The notes under the pieces are model-generated. The model had not been told where the DNA came from. It saw only the letters and a program-made list of their open reading frames with translations, and did no database searches. A DNA stretch of 64,000 nt from assembly GCA_030390025.1 (NCBI GenBank), contig CM059431.1:144772001-144836000 (forward strand), in the 5' to 3' direction. Source of the DNA: Squalus acanthias (Eukaryota). A program made the translations under genes and the position numbers. Shown here in pieces: positions 1 through 11,300 of this stretch. Position 1 is the first letter of the stretch, and each line of letters starts with the position of its first letter.

Positions 1-2310
1 ACAGTGTGTGTCTCTCCCAGTGAGGAGTCAGACTCTGTAACAAGTGTCCCTGTGTACAGTGTGTGTCTCTCCCAGTGAGGAGTCAGACTCTGTAACAAGT
101 GTCCCTGTGTACAGTGTGTGTCTCTCCCAGTGAGGAGTCAGACTCTGTAACAAGTGTCCCTGTGTACAGTGTGTGTCTCTCCCAGTGAGGAGTCAGACTC
201 TGTAACAAGTGTCCCTGTGTACAGTGTGTGTCTCTCCCAGTGAGGAGTCAGACTCTGTAACAAGTGTCCCTGTGTACAGTGTGTGTCTCTCCCAGTGAGG
301 AGTCAGACTCTGTAACAAGTGTCCCTGTGTACAGTGTGTGTCTCTCCCAGTGAGGAGTCAGACTCTGTAACAAGTGTCCCTGTGTACAGTGTGTGTCTCT
401 CCCAGTGAGGAGTCAGACTCTGTAACAAGTGTCCCTGTGTACAGTGTGTGTCTCTCCCAGTGAGGAGTCAGACTCTGTAACAAGTGTCCCTGTGTACAGT
501 GTGTGTCTCTCCCAGTGAGGAGTCAGACTCTGTAACAAGTGTCCCTGTGTACAGTGTGTGTCTCTCCCAGTGAGGAGTCAGACTCTGTAACAAGTGTCCC
601 TGTGTACAGTGTGTGTCTCTCCCAGTGAGGAGTCAGACTCTGTAACAAGTGTCCCTGTGTACAGTGTGTGTCTCTCCCAGTGAGGAGTCAGACTCTGTAA
701 CAAGTGTCCCTGTGTACAGTGTGTGTCTCTCCCAGTGAGGAGTCAGACTCTGTAACAAGTGTCCCTGTGTACAGTGTGTGTCTCTCCCAGTGAGGAGTCA
801 GACTCTGTAACAAGTGTCCCTGTGTACAGTGTGTGTCTCTCCCAGTGAGGAGTCAGACTCTGTAACAAGTGTCCCTGTGTACAGTGTGTGTCTCTCCCAG
901 TGAGGAGTCAGACTCTGTAACAAGTGTCCCTGTGTACAGTGTGTGTCTCTCCCAGTGAGGAGTCAGACTCTGTAACAAGTGTCCCTGTGTACAGTGTGTG
1001 TCTCTCCCAGTGAGGAGTCAGACTCTGTAACAAGTGTCCCTGTGTACAGTGTGTGTCTCTCCCAGTGAGGAGTCAGACTCTGTAACAAGTGTCCCTGTGT
1101 ACAGTGTGTGTCTCTCCCAGTGAGGAGTCAGACTCTGTAACAAGTGTCCCTGTGTACAGTGTGTGTCTCTCCCAGTGAGGAGTCAGACTCTGTAACAAGT
1201 GTCCCTGTGTACAGTGTGTGTCTCTCCCAGTGAGGAGTCAGACTCTGTAACAAGTGTCCCTGTGTACAGTGTGTGTCTCTCCCAGTGAGGAGTCAGACTC
1301 TGTAACAAGTGTCCCTGTGTACAGTGTGTGTCTCTCCCAGTGAGGAGTCAGACTCTGTAACAAGTGTCCCTGTGTACAGTGTGTGTCTCTCCCAGTGAGG
1401 AGTCAGACTCTGTAACAAGTGTCCCTGTGTACAGTGTGTGTCTCTCCCAGTGAGGAGTCAGACTCTGTAACAAGTGTCCCTGTGTACAGTGTGTGTCTCT
1501 CCCAGTGAGGAGTCAGACTCTGTAACAAGTGTCCCTGTGTACAGTGTGTGTCTCTCCCAGTGAGGAGTCAGACTCTGTAACAAGTGTCCCTGTGTACAGT
1601 GTGTGTCTCTCCCAGTGAGGAGTCAGACTCTGTAACAAGTGTCCCTGTGTACAGTGTGTGTCTCTCCCAGTGAGGAGTCAGACTCTGTAACAAGTGTCCC
1701 TGTGTACAGTGTGTGTCTCTCCCAGTGAGGAGTCAGACTCTGTAACAAGTGTCCCTGTGTACAGTGTGTGTCTCTCCCAGTGAGGAGTCAGACTCTGTAA
1801 CAAGTGTCCCTGTGTACAGTGTGTGTCTCTCCCAGTGAGGAGTCAGACTCTGTAACAAGTGTCCCTGTGTACAGTGTGTGTCTCTCCCAGTGAGGAGTCA
1901 GACTCTGTAACAAGTGTCCCTGTGTACAGTGTGTGTCTCTCCCAGTGAGGAGTCAGACTCTGTAACAAGTGTCCCTGTGTACAGTGTGTGTCTCTCCCAG
2001 TGAGGAGTCAGACTCTGTAACAAGTGTCCCTGTGTACAGTGTGTGTCTCTCCCAGTGAGGAGTCAGACTCTGTAACAAGTGTCCCTGTGTACAGTGTGTG
2101 TCTCTCCCAGTGAGGAGTCAGACTCTGTAACAAGTGTCCCTGTGTACAGTGTGTGTCTCTCCCAGTGAGGAGTCAGACTCTGTAACAAGTGTCCCTGTGT
2201 ACAGTGTGTGTCTCTCCCAGTGAGGAGTCAGACTCTGTAACAAGTGTCCCTGTGTACAGTGTGTGTCTCTCCCAGTGAGGAGTCAGACTCTGTAACAAGT
2301 GTCCCTGTGT

Positions 2311-2364
2311 ACAGTGTGTGTCTCTCCAGTGAGGAGTCAGACTCTGTAACAAGTGTCCCTGTGT
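2311..2364. repeat. Variant monomer no. 43 (54 bp; one C lost, TCTCTCCCAG to TCTCTCCAG)
   Basis: 2321-2330 reads tctctccagt, and the downstream phase shifts by 1. It is the only variant seen in the first 38.6 kb. Confidence 0.95.
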
Positions 2365-5300
2365 ACAGTGTGTGTCTCTCCCAGTGAGGAGTCAGACTCT
2401 GTAACAAGTGTCCCTGTGTACAGTGTGTGTCTCTCCCAGTGAGGAGTCAGACTCTGTAACAAGTGTCCCTGTGTACAGTGTGTGTCTCTCCCAGTGAGGA
2501 GTCAGACTCTGTAACAAGTGTCCCTGTGTACAGTGTGTGTCTCTCCCAGTGAGGAGTCAGACTCTGTAACAAGTGTCCCTGTGTACAGTGTGTGTCTCTC
2601 CCAGTGAGGAGTCAGACTCTGTAACAAGTGTCCCTGTGTACAGTGTGTGTCTCTCCCAGTGAGGAGTCAGACTCTGTAACAAGTGTCCCTGTGTACAGTG
2701 TGTGTCTCTCCCAGTGAGGAGTCAGACTCTGTAACAAGTGTCCCTGTGTACAGTGTGTGTCTCTCCCAGTGAGGAGTCAGACTCTGTAACAAGTGTCCCT
2801 GTGTACAGTGTGTGTCTCTCCCAGTGAGGAGTCAGACTCTGTAACAAGTGTCCCTGTGTACAGTGTGTGTCTCTCCCAGTGAGGAGTCAGACTCTGTAAC
2901 AAGTGTCCCTGTGTACAGTGTGTGTCTCTCCCAGTGAGGAGTCAGACTCTGTAACAAGTGTCCCTGTGTACAGTGTGTGTCTCTCCCAGTGAGGAGTCAG
3001 ACTCTGTAACAAGTGTCCCTGTGTACAGTGTGTGTCTCTCCCAGTGAGGAGTCAGACTCTGTAACAAGTGTCCCTGTGTACAGTGTGTGTCTCTCCCAGT
3101 GAGGAGTCAGACTCTGTAACAAGTGTCCCTGTGTACAGTGTGTGTCTCTCCCAGTGAGGAGTCAGACTCTGTAACAAGTGTCCCTGTGTACAGTGTGTGT
3201 CTCTCCCAGTGAGGAGTCAGACTCTGTAACAAGTGTCCCTGTGTACAGTGTGTGTCTCTCCCAGTGAGGAGTCAGACTCTGTAACAAGTGTCCCTGTGTA
3301 CAGTGTGTGTCTCTCCCAGTGAGGAGTCAGACTCTGTAACAAGTGTCCCTGTGTACAGTGTGTGTCTCTCCCAGTGAGGAGTCAGACTCTGTAACAAGTG
3401 TCCCTGTGTACAGTGTGTGTCTCTCCCAGTGAGGAGTCAGACTCTGTAACAAGTGTCCCTGTGTACAGTGTGTGTCTCTCCCAGTGAGGAGTCAGACTCT
3501 GTAACAAGTGTCCCTGTGTACAGTGTGTGTCTCTCCCAGTGAGGAGTCAGACTCTGTAACAAGTGTCCCTGTGTACAGTGTGTGTCTCTCCCAGTGAGGA
3601 GTCAGACTCTGTAACAAGTGTCCCTGTGTACAGTGTGTGTCTCTCCCAGTGAGGAGTCAGACTCTGTAACAAGTGTCCCTGTGTACAGTGTGTGTCTCTC
3701 CCAGTGAGGAGTCAGACTCTGTAACAAGTGTCCCTGTGTACAGTGTGTGTCTCTCCCAGTGAGGAGTCAGACTCTGTAACAAGTGTCCCTGTGTACAGTG
3801 TGTGTCTCTCCCAGTGAGGAGTCAGACTCTGTAACAAGTGTCCCTGTGTACAGTGTGTGTCTCTCCCAGTGAGGAGTCAGACTCTGTAACAAGTGTCCCT
3901 GTGTACAGTGTGTGTCTCTCCCAGTGAGGAGTCAGACTCTGTAACAAGTGTCCCTGTGTACAGTGTGTGTCTCTCCCAGTGAGGAGTCAGACTCTGTAAC
4001 AAGTGTCCCTGTGTACAGTGTGTGTCTCTCCCAGTGAGGAGTCAGACTCTGTAACAAGTGTCCCTGTGTACAGTGTGTGTCTCTCCCAGTGAGGAGTCAG
4101 ACTCTGTAACAAGTGTCCCTGTGTACAGTGTGTGTCTCTCCCAGTGAGGAGTCAGACTCTGTAACAAGTGTCCCTGTGTACAGTGTGTGTCTCTCCCAGT
4201 GAGGAGTCAGACTCTGTAACAAGTGTCCCTGTGTACAGTGTGTGTCTCTCCCAGTGAGGAGTCAGACTCTGTAACAAGTGTCCCTGTGTACAGTGTGTGT
4301 CTCTCCCAGTGAGGAGTCAGACTCTGTAACAAGTGTCCCTGTGTACAGTGTGTGTCTCTCCCAGTGAGGAGTCAGACTCTGTAACAAGTGTCCCTGTGTA
4401 CAGTGTGTGTCTCTCCCAGTGAGGAGTCAGACTCTGTAACAAGTGTCCCTGTGTACAGTGTGTGTCTCTCCCAGTGAGGAGTCAGACTCTGTAACAAGTG
4501 TCCCTGTGTACAGTGTGTGTCTCTCCCAGTGAGGAGTCAGACTCTGTAACAAGTGTCCCTGTGTACAGTGTGTGTCTCTCCCAGTGAGGAGTCAGACTCT
4601 GTAACAAGTGTCCCTGTGTACAGTGTGTGTCTCTCCCAGTGAGGAGTCAGACTCTGTAACAAGTGTCCCTGTGTACAGTGTGTGTCTCTCCCAGTGAGGA
4701 GTCAGACTCTGTAACAAGTGTCCCTGTGTACAGTGTGTGTCTCTCCCAGTGAGGAGTCAGACTCTGTAACAAGTGTCCCTGTGTACAGTGTGTGTCTCTC
4801 CCAGTGAGGAGTCAGACTCTGTAACAAGTGTCCCTGTGTACAGTGTGTGTCTCTCCCAGTGAGGAGTCAGACTCTGTAACAAGTGTCCCTGTGTACAGTG
4901 TGTGTCTCTCCCAGTGAGGAGTCAGACTCTGTAACAAGTGTCCCTGTGTACAGTGTGTGTCTCTCCCAGTGAGGAGTCAGACTCTGTAACAAGTGTCCCT
5001 GTGTACAGTGTGTGTCTCTCCCAGTGAGGAGTCAGACTCTGTAACAAGTGTCCCTGTGTACAGTGTGTGTCTCTCCCAGTGAGGAGTCAGACTCTGTAAC
5101 AAGTGTCCCTGTGTACAGTGTGTGTCTCTCCCAGTGAGGAGTCAGACTCTGTAACAAGTGTCCCTGTGTACAGTGTGTGTCTCTCCCAGTGAGGAGTCAG
5201 ACTCTGTAACAAGTGTCCCTGTGTACAGTGTGTGTCTCTCCCAGTGAGGAGTCAGACTCTGTAACAAGTGTCCCTGTGTACAGTGTGTGTCTCTCCCAGT

Positions 5301-8300
5301 GAGGAGTCAGACTCTGTAACAAGTGTCCCTGTGTACAGTGTGTGTCTCTCCCAGTGAGGAGTCAGACTCTGTAACAAGTGTCCCTGTGTACAGTGTGTGT
5401 CTCTCCCAGTGAGGAGTCAGACTCTGTAACAAGTGTCCCTGTGTACAGTGTGTGTCTCTCCCAGTGAGGAGTCAGACTCTGTAACAAGTGTCCCTGTGTA
5501 CAGTGTGTGTCTCTCCCAGTGAGGAGTCAGACTCTGTAACAAGTGTCCCTGTGTACAGTGTGTGTCTCTCCCAGTGAGGAGTCAGACTCTGTAACAAGTG
5601 TCCCTGTGTACAGTGTGTGTCTCTCCCAGTGAGGAGTCAGACTCTGTAACAAGTGTCCCTGTGTACAGTGTGTGTCTCTCCCAGTGAGGAGTCAGACTCT
5701 GTAACAAGTGTCCCTGTGTACAGTGTGTGTCTCTCCCAGTGAGGAGTCAGACTCTGTAACAAGTGTCCCTGTGTACAGTGTGTGTCTCTCCCAGTGAGGA
5801 GTCAGACTCTGTAACAAGTGTCCCTGTGTACAGTGTGTGTCTCTCCCAGTGAGGAGTCAGACTCTGTAACAAGTGTCCCTGTGTACAGTGTGTGTCTCTC
5901 CCAGTGAGGAGTCAGACTCTGTAACAAGTGTCCCTGTGTACAGTGTGTGTCTCTCCCAGTGAGGAGTCAGACTCTGTAACAAGTGTCCCTGTGTACAGTG
6001 TGTGTCTCTCCCAGTGAGGAGTCAGACTCTGTAACAAGTGTCCCTGTGTACAGTGTGTGTCTCTCCCAGTGAGGAGTCAGACTCTGTAACAAGTGTCCCT
6101 GTGTACAGTGTGTGTCTCTCCCAGTGAGGAGTCAGACTCTGTAACAAGTGTCCCTGTGTACAGTGTGTGTCTCTCCCAGTGAGGAGTCAGACTCTGTAAC
6201 AAGTGTCCCTGTGTACAGTGTGTGTCTCTCCCAGTGAGGAGTCAGACTCTGTAACAAGTGTCCCTGTGTACAGTGTGTGTCTCTCCCAGTGAGGAGTCAG
6301 ACTCTGTAACAAGTGTCCCTGTGTACAGTGTGTGTCTCTCCCAGTGAGGAGTCAGACTCTGTAACAAGTGTCCCTGTGTACAGTGTGTGTCTCTCCCAGT
6401 GAGGAGTCAGACTCTGTAACAAGTGTCCCTGTGTACAGTGTGTGTCTCTCCCAGTGAGGAGTCAGACTCTGTAACAAGTGTCCCTGTGTACAGTGTGTGT
6501 CTCTCCCAGTGAGGAGTCAGACTCTGTAACAAGTGTCCCTGTGTACAGTGTGTGTCTCTCCCAGTGAGGAGTCAGACTCTGTAACAAGTGTCCCTGTGTA
6601 CAGTGTGTGTCTCTCCCAGTGAGGAGTCAGACTCTGTAACAAGTGTCCCTGTGTACAGTGTGTGTCTCTCCCAGTGAGGAGTCAGACTCTGTAACAAGTG
6701 TCCCTGTGTACAGTGTGTGTCTCTCCCAGTGAGGAGTCAGACTCTGTAACAAGTGTCCCTGTGTACAGTGTGTGTCTCTCCCAGTGAGGAGTCAGACTCT
6801 GTAACAAGTGTCCCTGTGTACAGTGTGTGTCTCTCCCAGTGAGGAGTCAGACTCTGTAACAAGTGTCCCTGTGTACAGTGTGTGTCTCTCCCAGTGAGGA
6901 GTCAGACTCTGTAACAAGTGTCCCTGTGTACAGTGTGTGTCTCTCCCAGTGAGGAGTCAGACTCTGTAACAAGTGTCCCTGTGTACAGTGTGTGTCTCTC
7001 CCAGTGAGGAGTCAGACTCTGTAACAAGTGTCCCTGTGTACAGTGTGTGTCTCTCCCAGTGAGGAGTCAGACTCTGTAACAAGTGTCCCTGTGTACAGTG
7101 TGTGTCTCTCCCAGTGAGGAGTCAGACTCTGTAACAAGTGTCCCTGTGTACAGTGTGTGTCTCTCCCAGTGAGGAGTCAGACTCTGTAACAAGTGTCCCT
7201 GTGTACAGTGTGTGTCTCTCCCAGTGAGGAGTCAGACTCTGTAACAAGTGTCCCTGTGTACAGTGTGTGTCTCTCCCAGTGAGGAGTCAGACTCTGTAAC
7301 AAGTGTCCCTGTGTACAGTGTGTGTCTCTCCCAGTGAGGAGTCAGACTCTGTAACAAGTGTCCCTGTGTACAGTGTGTGTCTCTCCCAGTGAGGAGTCAG
7401 ACTCTGTAACAAGTGTCCCTGTGTACAGTGTGTGTCTCTCCCAGTGAGGAGTCAGACTCTGTAACAAGTGTCCCTGTGTACAGTGTGTGTCTCTCCCAGT
7501 GAGGAGTCAGACTCTGTAACAAGTGTCCCTGTGTACAGTGTGTGTCTCTCCCAGTGAGGAGTCAGACTCTGTAACAAGTGTCCCTGTGTACAGTGTGTGT
7601 CTCTCCCAGTGAGGAGTCAGACTCTGTAACAAGTGTCCCTGTGTACAGTGTGTGTCTCTCCCAGTGAGGAGTCAGACTCTGTAACAAGTGTCCCTGTGTA
7701 CAGTGTGTGTCTCTCCCAGTGAGGAGTCAGACTCTGTAACAAGTGTCCCTGTGTACAGTGTGTGTCTCTCCCAGTGAGGAGTCAGACTCTGTAACAAGTG
7801 TCCCTGTGTACAGTGTGTGTCTCTCCCAGTGAGGAGTCAGACTCTGTAACAAGTGTCCCTGTGTACAGTGTGTGTCTCTCCCAGTGAGGAGTCAGACTCT
7901 GTAACAAGTGTCCCTGTGTACAGTGTGTGTCTCTCCCAGTGAGGAGTCAGACTCTGTAACAAGTGTCCCTGTGTACAGTGTGTGTCTCTCCCAGTGAGGA
8001 GTCAGACTCTGTAACAAGTGTCCCTGTGTACAGTGTGTGTCTCTCCCAGTGAGGAGTCAGACTCTGTAACAAGTGTCCCTGTGTACAGTGTGTGTCTCTC
8101 CCAGTGAGGAGTCAGACTCTGTAACAAGTGTCCCTGTGTACAGTGTGTGTCTCTCCCAGTGAGGAGTCAGACTCTGTAACAAGTGTCCCTGTGTACAGTG
8201 TGTGTCTCTCCCAGTGAGGAGTCAGACTCTGTAACAAGTGTCCCTGTGTACAGTGTGTGTCTCTCCCAGTGAGGAGTCAGACTCTGTAACAAGTGTCCCT

Positions 8301-11300
8301 GTGTACAGTGTGTGTCTCTCCCAGTGAGGAGTCAGACTCTGTAACAAGTGTCCCTGTGTACAGTGTGTGTCTCTCCCAGTGAGGAGTCAGACTCTGTAAC
8401 AAGTGTCCCTGTGTACAGTGTGTGTCTCTCCCAGTGAGGAGTCAGACTCTGTAACAAGTGTCCCTGTGTACAGTGTGTGTCTCTCCCAGTGAGGAGTCAG
8501 ACTCTGTAACAAGTGTCCCTGTGTACAGTGTGTGTCTCTCCCAGTGAGGAGTCAGACTCTGTAACAAGTGTCCCTGTGTACAGTGTGTGTCTCTCCCAGT
8601 GAGGAGTCAGACTCTGTAACAAGTGTCCCTGTGTACAGTGTGTGTCTCTCCCAGTGAGGAGTCAGACTCTGTAACAAGTGTCCCTGTGTACAGTGTGTGT
8701 CTCTCCCAGTGAGGAGTCAGACTCTGTAACAAGTGTCCCTGTGTACAGTGTGTGTCTCTCCCAGTGAGGAGTCAGACTCTGTAACAAGTGTCCCTGTGTA
8801 CAGTGTGTGTCTCTCCCAGTGAGGAGTCAGACTCTGTAACAAGTGTCCCTGTGTACAGTGTGTGTCTCTCCCAGTGAGGAGTCAGACTCTGTAACAAGTG
8901 TCCCTGTGTACAGTGTGTGTCTCTCCCAGTGAGGAGTCAGACTCTGTAACAAGTGTCCCTGTGTACAGTGTGTGTCTCTCCCAGTGAGGAGTCAGACTCT
9001 GTAACAAGTGTCCCTGTGTACAGTGTGTGTCTCTCCCAGTGAGGAGTCAGACTCTGTAACAAGTGTCCCTGTGTACAGTGTGTGTCTCTCCCAGTGAGGA
9101 GTCAGACTCTGTAACAAGTGTCCCTGTGTACAGTGTGTGTCTCTCCCAGTGAGGAGTCAGACTCTGTAACAAGTGTCCCTGTGTACAGTGTGTGTCTCTC
9201 CCAGTGAGGAGTCAGACTCTGTAACAAGTGTCCCTGTGTACAGTGTGTGTCTCTCCCAGTGAGGAGTCAGACTCTGTAACAAGTGTCCCTGTGTACAGTG
9301 TGTGTCTCTCCCAGTGAGGAGTCAGACTCTGTAACAAGTGTCCCTGTGTACAGTGTGTGTCTCTCCCAGTGAGGAGTCAGACTCTGTAACAAGTGTCCCT
9401 GTGTACAGTGTGTGTCTCTCCCAGTGAGGAGTCAGACTCTGTAACAAGTGTCCCTGTGTACAGTGTGTGTCTCTCCCAGTGAGGAGTCAGACTCTGTAAC
9501 AAGTGTCCCTGTGTACAGTGTGTGTCTCTCCCAGTGAGGAGTCAGACTCTGTAACAAGTGTCCCTGTGTACAGTGTGTGTCTCTCCCAGTGAGGAGTCAG
9601 ACTCTGTAACAAGTGTCCCTGTGTACAGTGTGTGTCTCTCCCAGTGAGGAGTCAGACTCTGTAACAAGTGTCCCTGTGTACAGTGTGTGTCTCTCCCAGT
9701 GAGGAGTCAGACTCTGTAACAAGTGTCCCTGTGTACAGTGTGTGTCTCTCCCAGTGAGGAGTCAGACTCTGTAACAAGTGTCCCTGTGTACAGTGTGTGT
9801 CTCTCCCAGTGAGGAGTCAGACTCTGTAACAAGTGTCCCTGTGTACAGTGTGTGTCTCTCCCAGTGAGGAGTCAGACTCTGTAACAAGTGTCCCTGTGTA
9901 CAGTGTGTGTCTCTCCCAGTGAGGAGTCAGACTCTGTAACAAGTGTCCCTGTGTACAGTGTGTGTCTCTCCCAGTGAGGAGTCAGACTCTGTAACAAGTG
10001 TCCCTGTGTACAGTGTGTGTCTCTCCCAGTGAGGAGTCAGACTCTGTAACAAGTGTCCCTGTGTACAGTGTGTGTCTCTCCCAGTGAGGAGTCAGACTCT
10101 GTAACAAGTGTCCCTGTGTACAGTGTGTGTCTCTCCCAGTGAGGAGTCAGACTCTGTAACAAGTGTCCCTGTGTACAGTGTGTGTCTCTCCCAGTGAGGA
10201 GTCAGACTCTGTAACAAGTGTCCCTGTGTACAGTGTGTGTCTCTCCCAGTGAGGAGTCAGACTCTGTAACAAGTGTCCCTGTGTACAGTGTGTGTCTCTC
10301 CCAGTGAGGAGTCAGACTCTGTAACAAGTGTCCCTGTGTACAGTGTGTGTCTCTCCCAGTGAGGAGTCAGACTCTGTAACAAGTGTCCCTGTGTACAGTG
10401 TGTGTCTCTCCCAGTGAGGAGTCAGACTCTGTAACAAGTGTCCCTGTGTACAGTGTGTGTCTCTCCCAGTGAGGAGTCAGACTCTGTAACAAGTGTCCCT
10501 GTGTACAGTGTGTGTCTCTCCCAGTGAGGAGTCAGACTCTGTAACAAGTGTCCCTGTGTACAGTGTGTGTCTCTCCCAGTGAGGAGTCAGACTCTGTAAC
10601 AAGTGTCCCTGTGTACAGTGTGTGTCTCTCCCAGTGAGGAGTCAGACTCTGTAACAAGTGTCCCTGTGTACAGTGTGTGTCTCTCCCAGTGAGGAGTCAG
10701 ACTCTGTAACAAGTGTCCCTGTGTACAGTGTGTGTCTCTCCCAGTGAGGAGTCAGACTCTGTAACAAGTGTCCCTGTGTACAGTGTGTGTCTCTCCCAGT
10801 GAGGAGTCAGACTCTGTAACAAGTGTCCCTGTGTACAGTGTGTGTCTCTCCCAGTGAGGAGTCAGACTCTGTAACAAGTGTCCCTGTGTACAGTGTGTGT
10901 CTCTCCCAGTGAGGAGTCAGACTCTGTAACAAGTGTCCCTGTGTACAGTGTGTGTCTCTCCCAGTGAGGAGTCAGACTCTGTAACAAGTGTCCCTGTGTA
11001 CAGTGTGTGTCTCTCCCAGTGAGGAGTCAGACTCTGTAACAAGTGTCCCTGTGTACAGTGTGTGTCTCTCCCAGTGAGGAGTCAGACTCTGTAACAAGTG
11101 TCCCTGTGTACAGTGTGTGTCTCTCCCAGTGAGGAGTCAGACTCTGTAACAAGTGTCCCTGTGTACAGTGTGTGTCTCTCCCAGTGAGGAGTCAGACTCT
11201 GTAACAAGTGTCCCTGTGTACAGTGTGTGTCTCTCCCAGTGAGGAGTCAGACTCTGTAACAAGTGTCCCTGTGTACAGTGTGTGTCTCTCCCAGTGAGGA

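Noticed and set aside
11..25. Splice-acceptor-like TCTCTCCCAG overlapping donor-like GTGAGG
   Set aside because: The motifs are short and expected by chance. They share one G (AGT, not the AG/GT of recursive splice sites), and there is no exon or transcript context.
48..61. V(D)J recombination-signal-like heptamers (TACAGTG on plus, CACAGGG on minus)
   Set aside because: TACAGTG lacks the essential CAC, and no ACAAAAACC-like nonamer lies at 12 or 23 bp from either heptamer.
53..67. Steroid-response-element-like TGTACAgtgTGTGTC
   Set aside because: The right half-site lacks the conserved C of TGTnCn, and nothing independent supports it.
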